A stretch of 64,000 nucleotides of DNA from Eukaryota sp. GEM-RC1. Lineage: Eukaryota. Where the stretch lies: the NCBI GenBank assembly GCA_040285855.1, contig JAUFOQ010000001.1:558001-622000 (forward strand), read 5' to 3'. Below, one piece after another: positions 36,828-48,110 of the stretch. Under the pieces are notes generated by a model. It was given only the letters and a program-made list of their open reading frames with translations. It had not been told where the DNA came from and did not search any database. Positions within the stretch are counted from its first letter, which is position 1, and every line of letters starts with the position of its first letter. The position numbers and the translations under genes were made by a program.

Positions 36828-38147
36828 CACAACAATTAGTCTGAATCAGAGTAATTATGAATATTCATATTTAGTCTGAACAACTATCTCAAACAAAAGG
36901 AATTACTTGACCATAAATTGGGTTTTTGCTATTCATGTACCGTAAAATTTGCTATTCCTGTACTTTTCTTTTGTAAATTTATGTCTAGGCAATGACTTCT
37001 GTGAAAACTACGTGTACTTAAAACTAATACTATCAGATACATCTTCCTTTCCAATCAATGCTGCTTTTCAAAGAGCTCTATCCGCTTCTCTGGATGGACA
37101 TCTATCCCTCTGATGAGCTCTGTCACCACATTTTCCACATGGTTGAAGACACTTACTCTTGTAATGTCCTGGTTGTCGGCAATTGCCACATCGTCTGATT
37201 ATCTCTCTTCTTCGGCTTGCTGGAACAGGATCTTCTTTTGATTTGGGTTTGGTGGAACAGATCCTAAAGAAACGGGAGATCTTGATGTCTCAATAATCAA
37301 GGGAATGGCTTCTTTAAGCCTTCTTTGAATTAATATGCTATGAGTCTGAGTTCTATCATCTAAGAACTCAAAAGCTTGCGAAATTCCTTCTCTATCATTA
37401 GAAGCTCCTCTTGTGCTCTCAAACTGAGCTGTCATCTGTATTCAGTAGAATTTCAAATAAATCAATTTTGGCAACACTTTCGTCTTCAGGCATGACTAAC
37501 CAGTGTTGATGAAAATCAGCAACTTCCAGCACAAAATCGTACAACATCAATTCTTTTAATTGATGGAGACGAGGTAAACCTTCAGAATGTCGTTCAATGT
37601 GATGACATTGTTGATTAGGTGGTGTCCTAAGACACTCCTGGTAAGTAACAGAAGATTATAAGGAGGATCTGTTACGTGAACTTCAGAACTGAGGGAATCA
37701 GAAAGATTCATCAGGTACAGGAATAGCAAATTTTAGTACAGGAATAGCAAAAGTACAGGAATAGCAAATTTTACGGTACAGGAATAGCAAAAACCCATAA
37801 ATTGTCGTTATGTGTTCACAAATGTTACATTGAACACCACGATCGTTGTTTGCACCGTCAATGTTTGTTTTAGACCAAAGAAATCCAGAAACAGGACTGG
37901 TCTGCTATCAGATTGTCTCTAAAAAATTGATTAGTAACCGAATTGTCCTTCAAGAAAGTGTCAATGGTGTGGAACAAGGTTTGTATACGTCAATTAAAAC
38001 AGTTTTTAGAACAAAACTAAAAAATAGACTGTTTAATACCATTTCACTGAAAAATGTTCGACATCCCTAAAGTGATCAAACAATAATTAGTCTGATTCAG
38101 ATTAATAAGTGATTCAGACTAATTATGAATTCAGATCAATTGTTGTG
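36828..38147. mobile_element. MITE-like element with imperfect inverted termini, host of the MULE
   Basis: CACAACAATT at both ends with repeated AATTAGTCTGAATC motifs. No TSD identified. Confidence 0.5.
36921..37795 (-). mobile_element. Mutator-like (MULE) non-autonomous element with modular TIRs
   Basis: 9-bp TSD cataaattg. ~45-bp TIR built of GTACAGGAATAGCAAA units (2 left, 4 right). Internal double zinc knuckle CGNCRQPGHYKSKC..CGKCGDRAHQRDRC. Confidence 0.85.
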
Positions 38148-38369
38148 AAGAGTGAAGATATAAATAAGTTGAGTATCAGTCTTTAGTTTCAGGAGAATAA
38201 CGAATATTGATTATCCAATGACCTTGCTACTGTATGTACAATGTCCAGAATTCTTTCATTCATGTTAGTCTGTACAACATAGTGTGCTACATTGTGGTAT
38301 AATTTCAAGATACACTTTTGTCTGTATTGTTGAGCTTATGGGATATGTCAAAGAGATGAGAGAACTTTA

Positions 38370-40006
38370 TTATGATGACTCCCGGTTAATGTATCGTTCC
38401 AACAACAACAAAACAATAAAAACACCAACGAAAACTGCTATAGTAGAATTGTCAAACCGAAACAAACGATCTTGCGAATCTATTATTGGTGGGACAAACG
38501 GTTGACACACGACTATGCGTTTGACAGTGTTGGAGTGTACATTAGTTAATGCTGTAACACATATATCTCCAATAGGGTTGTGCCCCAGATCAATACTTGT
38601 AACAGATGTATTGACTCTTAAGGCATCTGTCAATGCTCTTGCACCTGTATCTCCAATATTGTTGCGCCCCAGATTAATGCTTTTTATCTTTGCATTCACT
38701 TTTAATGCATTTGCCAATGCTCTCGCACCTTTATCACCAATTGGGTTGTGTCCCAGATCAAAATTTGTTATCGTAGAATTTACTTTTAATGCATTTGCCA
38801 ATGCTCTAACACCTATATCGGTAATCCAATTGTGCCCCAGATCAAAACTTGTTATCGTAGCATTAACATTTAATGCATTTGCCAATACTCTAGCACCAAT
38901 ATCTCCAATAGAGTTGTGCCCCAGATCAAGACTTGTTATCGTAGAATTTACTTTTAATGCATTTGCCAATACTCTAGCACCATTATCTCCAATAGAGTTG
39001 TATCCAACATCAATACTTGTAACAGATGTATTGATGGCTAATGCATCTGCTAATGCGATGACACCTTCAGCTCCAATAGAACCCACTCTTACAACAACAC
39101 TTGTCACTGTGTTATTAACTTTCAACACATCAAAAATTCCATATAAACTGAAGGACGAACAACAACATGAAGTTCTTTAAGATTAGGGAAAAAGTCCGAA
39201 CATTTGTGGAGAAAATCCAAATCATTGTGGTTATTTAACTCCAATTCCAATCCTGAAATTATGTGAGAATAATCGCTGAATTCTTCAACATCAAAAGAAT
39301 CAGTTAAAACGTGCAGGAATATAGACGATAGGTCTGCTTCAAAAAAAGAAGACAACAAAGAAAGTTGAGAGAATTCGGTCGAAATGACAGGAAACGTGTT
39401 GGTTTGGAAATGCATCTTGACTGCAAGTAAAGCAGATTCAAAGAAGTGATTGCTTACATAGCCCACATGGATGCAGAAAGTACGTAGATCTTTCTTTAAA
39501 CTGTGGAAAGGACCACTACGGCCGTAAAAAAGACGGTGGCAGAAGTCAGTATTCACCTGGATAGAAGTCTTGAAATATCGTCGCAACAAGTGAAGATGAA
39601 TCAAAACCAACAGAGATTGCTGAAATTGTAGGGACTTTTCTCTGTTACAAGGACTTTCTGTGGTAGAGTGAGGAGAGGATGGACGACGAGAAGATGAAGA
39701 CAGCTTTGTCCTCCCATTAGAGAGAGAACATTGATGTCGAGTTTGAGGAGGAGTAGAGGGTTGTGGGTTGTGGAGTGTAACGTTCAAGATACTTTCCTCG
39801 TCAGAAGGTGGTAAGTTGGAGAACTTTTCTGAGTCTCGTTCAGAGACCTCAGAGACGAAGGGTTTCGCTAAGGACTCTTCAAGATGGATCTTCGGTTTAG
39901 CAGAACCTTGCTCCTGAGCAGAATCATTCAGGTTGGAAGTTGTTGGATTGGTCATGTAAATCCGCACGACATCACGTAACTTGCTGTTCAGAAGTCTGAT
40001 CTGCAT
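38370..40006 (-). CDS. RNI-type LRR protein with TM tail and a single frameshift at ~39130
   Basis: ORFs 39122..40006 (N-domain) and 38370..39128 (about 7 LRRs plus TM) join with a 1-nt correction in a T-run. Confidence 0.8.
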
Positions 40007-40240
40007 TGTATGACCTCCTGTGTTGCAATGTGTTATTTACAAATAGTTGGGTATTTCGTTTTCTTTCATTAATGTAGTATAAATGATGGTTGGTCTATCA
40101 ATATTCATTTTTGACGTGATATAAACAGAACATTTTCAGTGAGAACGTGTTCAAATTATTACTGTTGTTTATAAGTAGATGTCTAATATAAAACCAGTTG
40201 TTTCATCATAGATGTATAGACGTCAGCAGTTTAGTGTTCA

Positions 40241-40720
40241 ATGTTTCCCCCTCTTCTAGTATCTCCTCCTCCAGCAACCTAACTCTGATACACTGTCACC
40301 TTCGTTCTCATTGCTTACTTCTTTCTCCAAGTACTGACGTTTTCAGCAGACTTTATTGATCTTGATCAATCTTGTTTGTTTAAAGAAGTCTTTTCTCAAA
40401 ACTTCAATAATGGAGACATTCGTCATCATTTCCGTCGTTTGAAACAAGAATTGCCCTTATTATTGAAACCGTTGGCTATGTAAACCCACCCTTTCTTTGA
40501 ATCTGCTCATCAATCAGTCAACGTGTTTCTTCAATCAAACACGTCTCATGTGGTTAATAAGACCTTCCTCAACTACATTCATTTGCTGATCTCTTTGGAG
40601 CAGAAGTACGGTCTGTTTTCTTGTACTTGATTGTGAAATTTTGAGTCGAAGCAGTTCTTTGTTTTTTTAACATGATTAGAGGATTAGAATTAAGGTTGCT
40701 TAATCACAATGACTTGGACA
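40241..40720 (+). pseudogene. LRR-family N-domain fragment
   Basis: FQQTLLILINLVCLKK..RRLKQELP..FESAHQSVNVFLQSN. Duplicated at 58791. Confidence 0.7.
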
Positions 40721-41039
40721 AACCTTTTGTCCCTTTTCAAGTCTTTTAGTTATTCATGTGCGTTCATCTTTATATGTTAGTTTTGGTGGTAATACATGAT
40801 AATGAAAGTCTATTTCATTACTAGTTTCCTCCCAAAATCCACCAGTAAGTTAAGGGTATAATTTGTGTAATCTGATTCACCAAATCATTATTTCACACCC
40901 ACTCAAATTTATTTTGACTATATACATACCGATCAAATTTCCACATCTATCACTGTTTTAACAATCAACATATGGAAATCCATAGGTTGACCTGACAGTG
41001 ATTAATAGTAACAACATCTTAATCTACTTTTACTCCTGC

Positions 41040-41797
41040 TGGTGAATACTCCTGAGATCGTTCAAAGTCTTCTGTTTTTAAACTTTGTTGATAAAAACTA
41101 ATTGAACAATACCTACATGGTGGCTTTACATACACTAAAACCGTGTAATCAAACAACTGTATACGAGCTCTTTGAACAAGATCCCTACAACATTACCTTG
41201 TACACCTATATCCTAGAGTCGGTATAGCTCTATGTACTGTTGATACAGAAACATTTTTATTACAGTGCAAAGCTACGAGATATACAATTTCTCTAAGATA
41301 TAACAGTGGATCTGACTCTAAAACAGATTTAACGAAGGCCTTATATTCAGAGGTAAGTACTCCTAAATTGGCAACAATGCTGTAAGTGTCCTTATATTCA
41401 GCGTCAGGATTTATCCACTGAGATATGGTAGATTGGTTCATAGTGAAGAAGAATGCAACTTCTGCTTGAGTTTTGCTCAACAAACCGCCAAACCTTTTTC
41501 CCTTCTGCTCTTTCAATTTTTCTGAATGTTAAATTTTGAACACAAACTTTCTGACTATATCAATTAAAGCACCTTTACTCCGTAGTACTTTTTGAACTGA
41601 ACTGATATATTCAAAGTGTGTGTTAAACATCTCCCTTCAAGTAGAGGCTCAATTTCTTTTCTTTTCCTTCTTTTCCTTCTTGTTGTTTTACTATCAAAGA
41701 AACAATTTGATTAGTTCACACTCCAACATTTCCAGCATTGTTTTTCACACCAAAAGAATGTAGAATTGAGAATAATAATAGAATTGGCAAAATCGTG
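41040..41797 (-). mobile_element. IS630/Tc1-type transposase remnant with one terminus
   Basis: PLLYLREI..VSVSTVHRAI..LGY winged-helix pattern. Terminus TA|CACGATTTTGCCAATTC. Confidence 0.7.
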
Positions 41798-41995
41798 TAT
41801 ATCATATATTGGCGATGTAAGCTCAACTTTTAAACAGTTCAATTTTAAAGAAGTTCCTTCCTTCTTAGTATTAAAATCAAAGTTCATTGACTTTTGTTAC
41901 TTCTTTCGTTTATCAAAATAAGATCGGCTGAGGTCTGCTGATTTCAACAATGTATGCCTCTCCATGTTCCACCACTTTCACCTGCTGTTTTACAT

Positions 41996-42640
41996 TCACA
42001 TGACGTAGAAGGATGCCCTCTCGAATTTATGGAACGTCCAGAAAATGACGTGTGCATCCAGAAGACTGACCTTTGAGTTTTGCAGATCTTTTGAGGCAGC
42101 CTCAAAGAGAACATAATTTTTCAATAAAGAAAGAACGTCTTCCACTTCAGCAGTGCTAGGCATCATTTCTATCACCTCTTTGGGAAGATTAAGAATATGT
42201 TTTCGCAAATTGAAATTGGGTAAGAAAGTGTAACGGCGTAGTAATAAAGCATTCTTTGCTGACATCAACTTTCCCATAATTTTGTCAACCTTCTTGATGT
42301 GATCCTTCAAAGTCCATGCGAAATGTTTAATCTCGAGGTTCAACCGATGTAATGCACATCCAATGAAGGGAATCTTCATCATACTAGCAAACTCTTGTTG
42401 ACATTGCAATTGTCTTGCACAAGAAAAAGTGCTTGTGAAGTAGCAGTGTTATAAGAAGTCAACACAGTTTTAATCAACTCAAATAGCTGGCTAGACCCAA
42501 AATAGGTCTTTTGAGTGTTGAGTTCGACAGAAGAAAGGGATGAATTTGCCTCAACAGGAGTAAGAGCTAATAGACACCTTATGCAACAGAATACACTAGA
42601 AATATTGAAAACCCATTATATTTCGATACCAACACTGAAA
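41996..42640 (-). mobile_element. hAT transposase remnant
   Basis: IPFIGCALHRLNL..KVDKIMGKL..SKDLQ, similar to 3231-3527. Confidence 0.75.
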
Positions 42641-43295
42641 GGCCCTGAAACCAGTGAATTGACTTTGAAGGACTTTGTATTTGGAAACGACCTTATATGT
42701 TCATAGAATGAAAAACGGAATTTCCGGTGCACTAAGAAGTTTATGGTGCATTTGTTGAAATAAATAGAATTTATGGTACATTCGATGGTGCATTAAGGTA
42801 GAGTCCATATTTAAATTTTCATTAGTATTCCCCTAAACTGCGAGCTCATTTGAATGATTGCCTAACATAATTTGTGATTAAACCGTTGTTTCAATATAAG
42901 GAACTGAAGAAAACATTTAAATTTTTCATTCAAATCCTATATAAACTAGTCTCTCACATCTTTTCTACACTTTTCAGCATCCCTAACGATGTTGATCTAT
43001 CGACTATTCACAAAGTTCGTGTTGATGATTCGTACTACCTGTTCAAAGGGTGGGCAAAACTTTCCTTTCTCCGAAATAAACATGTTGGGCGGATATGTTG
43101 TCCCGTGTCACTTCACCAAAAGACTCCAATGTGATCAATCAGATAGAAAACGATGAAACACTGGAGGACTACTTAGTTCAAAACACCAGTACCCTCACAT
43201 CTTAAAAAAAGCCCTTGATCTGCACTACTCCTTGTTTACTGGACACCCAACTACAAAGAACACCATCAATTACCTGAAGAAACATTGTTTTCACT

Positions 43296-46200
43296 GTGAT
43301 TCATCGTAGAAGCTTTAGAGATCCCACCATCAACCGCCGACCTAATAGACGCTCTGCAAACCAACGCCAAGTCAACGCAGTAGATACCTCTTTACCTGCT
43401 CCAGAATTCGTGGATCACATTCCCCTCTGTCTCCCAGTAGACCTTGGGATTGATGATTCACAGAGTAATTCTGTAATTGCAGTATCCACTCATCCAACTT
43501 CAGCCCCTTCTATTTCCAAACTTCCCAACAAAAATGATTTCCTAAAAAAAATCAATCTTACAATTAACGGAGTACCTACCATGGGTACTATTGACACCGC
43601 CGCCAAGACCTCATGTATCACACAGGATACCGCCCTAGCCGCAAACAAGGAAATTTGAGAGAAACAAATCCCCATCTTCCTTGCTAATCAGTCCATGATT
43701 TACTCCCCCGGACTTGCTTGTGGTTACCTCACTTTTTCTTTTTGAGGGCCCAGCTAAAGAGGTCCACCTAAAGTCCACCTTACCTATTCTGCCTGGTCAC
43801 AGCCAACTTTTAATCGGTTGTGACATTTTGACTAAACTGGGTCTTATGAATGCCAACGGTGTTTATATTAAACTTGATGAAGAACATCGAAAGTTCATCT
43901 CTGCTGAAACTGTCTTTGACCAGTTCATGACAGCTCCTCCTGAAGTGTTTGCTACTAATCCTAACTCTTCCATCTCCTCATTTAGAAAACTACTTGATAA
44001 AACAACCAGAATTGAGCTTCCTTTCTCTGAGAAAGTAAGTTTGACTGACCTTCTCGCTGAATTCAGTGACGTCTTTAGCGACCTGCCACATCCCGATGGT
44101 ATTGATTGCGAACCTATGAGAATCCCATTTGCTGACGAATCCCGTATCGTCCGTCGACCGCCTAGGAACCTTAGCCCTTAGAGATTAGCTAACAAAGAAT
44201 TTGATGACTTGCTCAAGAAGAACTTCGCCGTCCCAAATGAAACCAAGTGGTCCTCCCCCATTTGCTTGGTGACCTACGCTGACAAAGCCCCTAGACTGAC
44301 CAGTGATGTCAGTGGCAAGAATGGAATCAATAATCTTTCTCTCACTCTAGATGCCGATTTGCCCAAAATCGCCGATATCCTGCCTGTCTTATCAAAAGCT
44401 AGATACGTAGCCACCCTTGACTTACCCAAGGCTTTCTCTACTAAGAAAACCAAACAAAAACATATGGACCTCCGAGACCGAATCCTGTTTTCAGGAAATC
44501 TTGAAGGTAATCTCAAGCAATATCCCCCTGAATTTACCCGACTCCAACACCACCATTTTGATTTCAACTGATGCTTCCGAAGTAGGACTCTCTGGAATTA
44601 TATGGGAACAAATAGAAGACTGTCCAGCTGGAACCCCGCTCATCGAAAGAAAGACTAGACCTCTCTGCTTCTATAGCAAGAAATTCACGGACAGTCAAAA
44701 GAATTGGCCTACCATACAGAAGGAGCTGTATGCAATTCTTGCTACTCTGACTCTTTCCCCATTAACTTCTTTCCTTCTGACTAAACGGTTCACTCTCTTT
44801 TGTGACCACAGAAATTTATCATATTTAATCTCAGCCCCTGAAAAGAACAGAATCGTCACCCGATGGATCTCTACCCTAGCAAACTTTGAATTTGAACTAG
44901 TTCACACTGCTGGTGAAGACAACCACTTCGCTGACTTGCTCTCTCGCTGCTTCCCTGAACCTTGTGCTGGTTACTCTAGTATTCTGATGTGCTCGTTTAC
45001 GGTGCCGGTTGCAGTCGAGGGGGAGACATGTGATGGTTGAGGATAGCAAGTTATCCTCTCTACAGACTTCTCATCAACCCTCGGGACCTGTTTTTGATAA
45101 CAGGGCTTCTGCAGCAACGTCCCAAACGTCGACGCGGATGATGCAAAAATTTATCGAGGATAGTGAAGGACTTAGCAGAGAAGAGCAAGTACAATTTTTC
45201 TGGGATAGAAAAGACGCCTTCATGGCAGAACGTGAACAACTTCAGAAATACATAGCCGATCTAAAGGCCGAAGTCAAACAATCCGCTGACGAACAACTCC
45301 GCCTGACTCTGGAAAGAGACGCTGCCGTTGCTCTAGTTGAAGACCAAAGAGAAGACCCTGACTACCTAAGAGAAAATGGTCTCTACATCGACGAAGACGG
45401 CCACATGTGTCAATTGTCCTCTGACTCAGATGATGAATTTTTGTATCTATATGACTGACGTACCAGATCATAAAGAGCTCAGTAGCTCTGATGAGTCTCA
45501 CATCGTCATCGTAAATGATGAGCATTCCCCAATGCTCGAAGACCTGCCCTCGATTAAAACGATCGGTGCTAGCTACCGCCTTTTCCCTCATCTGATCCGA
45601 GACACCTCTGAATTCCTGAGAATTACGAATTCCTCTTCAACCTCCGCCATAATCTCTGTCTCTTCTGGAAGCCGAAGACGACCTGTATGAACAATTCCTT
45701 GGAGAATCGCCCAAAGACACACGCCTCTTTGACAACCTTGGCAACCAACTGCCTGGCCCTTAAAACCCTCCTATCAACATCAATATCCAGCCCAGACCGG
45801 ATATTTCCCTTGCTCCACCGAACTTCGACCATGTAGGTATCCATGACAACGCCGGATACTACAGTCCTTGTACTGACCCCGCTCATCCTGATGAGGGTCC
45901 TTTTGATATTATGATCGCTACACTTGATGATGCTAGAGCAATCGAACCCGAACTCGAGGAAGACAACCTGTTCGCTAAACGTCTAACCATCGATCATTTA
46001 GCTCACGATCCGCTAAGCAGTTCAGATAGTGACCTTCGCGAAGAAACTTCATGGTCACAGATTCCCGACCCCAGTTACGTTTTTTAACGATTGGCTTCAG
46101 CTCCTGTCCCAAGAACAAGAGAAAGCCACTGCCAACAATGATATCACCATGACCGCTGACACAGAACTCATTTCCATGACCGCCAATGACAAAGATTATG

Positions 46201-47835
46201 TGCTCACATGGAATCATAGGAAGAAGAAGTTCGTTATCCATGACTCCTTGAAACGACATTTGCTTCTAACAATCCATGGATCTATTAGAGCAGGTCACTC
46301 GTCGAAGAAAGACTCTTTCTCCGCCTTAATCAGAAGCGATTATTGGTGGCCCAATTGCGTTTATGATATGAAGACCCATGTAAAAAATTGCATCCCTTGC
46401 CAAAAGACCGCTCCTGCCCCTGAACTAAAGCTTCCTTCCTCCGGAAATCTGTGGTCAGACCGTCCATTCCAATGCCGACACGCTGATGTGATTGGCCCGC
46501 TATCTCCTGACTCAGAAGATTACAAATACATACTAGTATTTGTCTGCTCATTTTCTAGATTCACCATTCTAGTACCTCTTAAAATTGGCAATGCCCAGGA
46601 AGTTGCCTACTCTATACTCTGGAATGTGGTAGGCAACTACGGAATTCCATCACAAATCCTAAGCGACAATGGACAGGAGTTCGCTAATGCCGTTAACAAA
46701 AGCTTGTGTTTATTTTTGAACATCGAAAAGAAATTCTCAACCCCCTATTTTCACCAGTCAAACGGACTAGTAGAAAGAAGACACCGTGAAGTCCTGCAAA
46801 CCCTTCGCCGCCTGCTCATTGATCTCCAAGCACACTCCAATTGGAGCACGTACATTCCAATTTCCCAACTGATCCTGAACACCAGAACCAGTTCCATCAC
46901 AAACTTCATCCCCTTCGAGCTTATCTTTGGCTCTAAAACTGACCCCAGACAACTTCCTCTCCAAGTTATCCAGAACTGTACTCTGGATGATCACTTACCG
47001 TAGAATTCACACGTTGATGCCTTGAAACAGAAAACATCTACGATCTTAAACAAGTGGAAAGAGGCAGAAAACTCCTCCAATCTCAAAAAACGATCACTTT
47101 CTTCCAGGAACTCTGCTACCAACAAGAAACTCATTGACGACATCCAACAAGGAGACTTCGTCTTGAAACTCAGTGAACACCCATCCAAGACTCATGGAAA
47201 ATGGACTGGCCCCTACCTAGTTGAGGATGTTTCTTATCATCCCTCGAATTGCCTCATCCGCAATTTAATCACAGGAATCTCGGTAAGATGCTCTCTTTAC
47301 CACGTTAAGAAATGCCATACCAACCACTCTGAGAACGTTCTACAAGCCTATGCCACTACCGACTCAGAAGAAGTCGTCATCGACAAACTTATTGATCATG
47401 ACTTGACCTCTTTGCAAGACCCCAAGTACCTAGTCCGCTGGCTAGATGGTACGACTACTTGGGAAGGTCGCTCAGTAGAAAATACCGCCGCTTACTATGC
47501 TTACCGCAGAAAGTATATTGATGAACCTCCAAAAGCTAGAGGTCCTGCTACTGCCCGTGCTAACTCAAAACTAGACGCTACTTGGAAAGCCCAACACCAC
47601 AAGTCCGCTCCTGTTGTAGCTCGCAATCAGCATAGTATGAAAACAAGAAATCGTCCATCCCACTAGTTTATTTTTAATATGAATTACCCAATAAGAAGAA
47701 AAGGCAGTGTTGTAGTTGTAGATTTGTGTAATTTCATATTAGGTTTTTATCTTCCCCCTTACATCTATAGAGGTTCTTTCCTATAAAGGTTCTCCTCTAA
47801 TAAGTATGTGTCATTATAGTGCACAAATACCAATA
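43296..47835 (+). mobile_element. Degenerate gypsy element: gag end, protease, RT with deleted core, RNase H, unknown domain, integrase, chromodomain, LTR
   Basis: IDTAA protease. WSSPICLV..ATLDLPKAF joins directly to the RT/RNase H connection (YxDD absent). TDAS..QKEL..CDH..ADLLSR. Module 44987-47666 is homologous to 11728-14407. Confidence 0.9.
47708..47835 (+). repeat. 3' LTR, family B
   Basis: Same polypurine tract and homology to 14449-14577. Confidence 0.85.
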
Positions 47836-47839
47836 TATC

Positions 47840-48110
47840 CGCTCAAAATCCTCCATCCACTGTTGATCTTTTCTCTCACAAACCTTTTGCCTCTTTGCAT
47901 TTGGATCTCATACAGTTTCCAACTGATTACGACGGGAATACCTACCTTGTCGTTGATGTTGATAGCTTTACTCAATTCACAGTAATTTTCTCTTTAAAAC
48001 AAAGACAGTAGAAGCTGCCGCTTTACAACTTTTTGATAAAGGGTTCTCAGTTTTTTGGTGTACCTGAGACAATTCAATCTGATAATGGACGAGAATTCAC
48101 CAACAAAGTA
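47840..48110 (+). mobile_element. Isolated gypsy integrase core fragment
   Basis: KPFASLHLDLI..VDSFTQF..GVPETIQSDNGREF. Duplicated at ~60703-60973. Confidence 0.75.

Noticed and set aside
37714..37795. Short direct repeats resembling a CRISPR array
   Set aside because: The spacers are only a few bases long, and the units form the MULE TIR.
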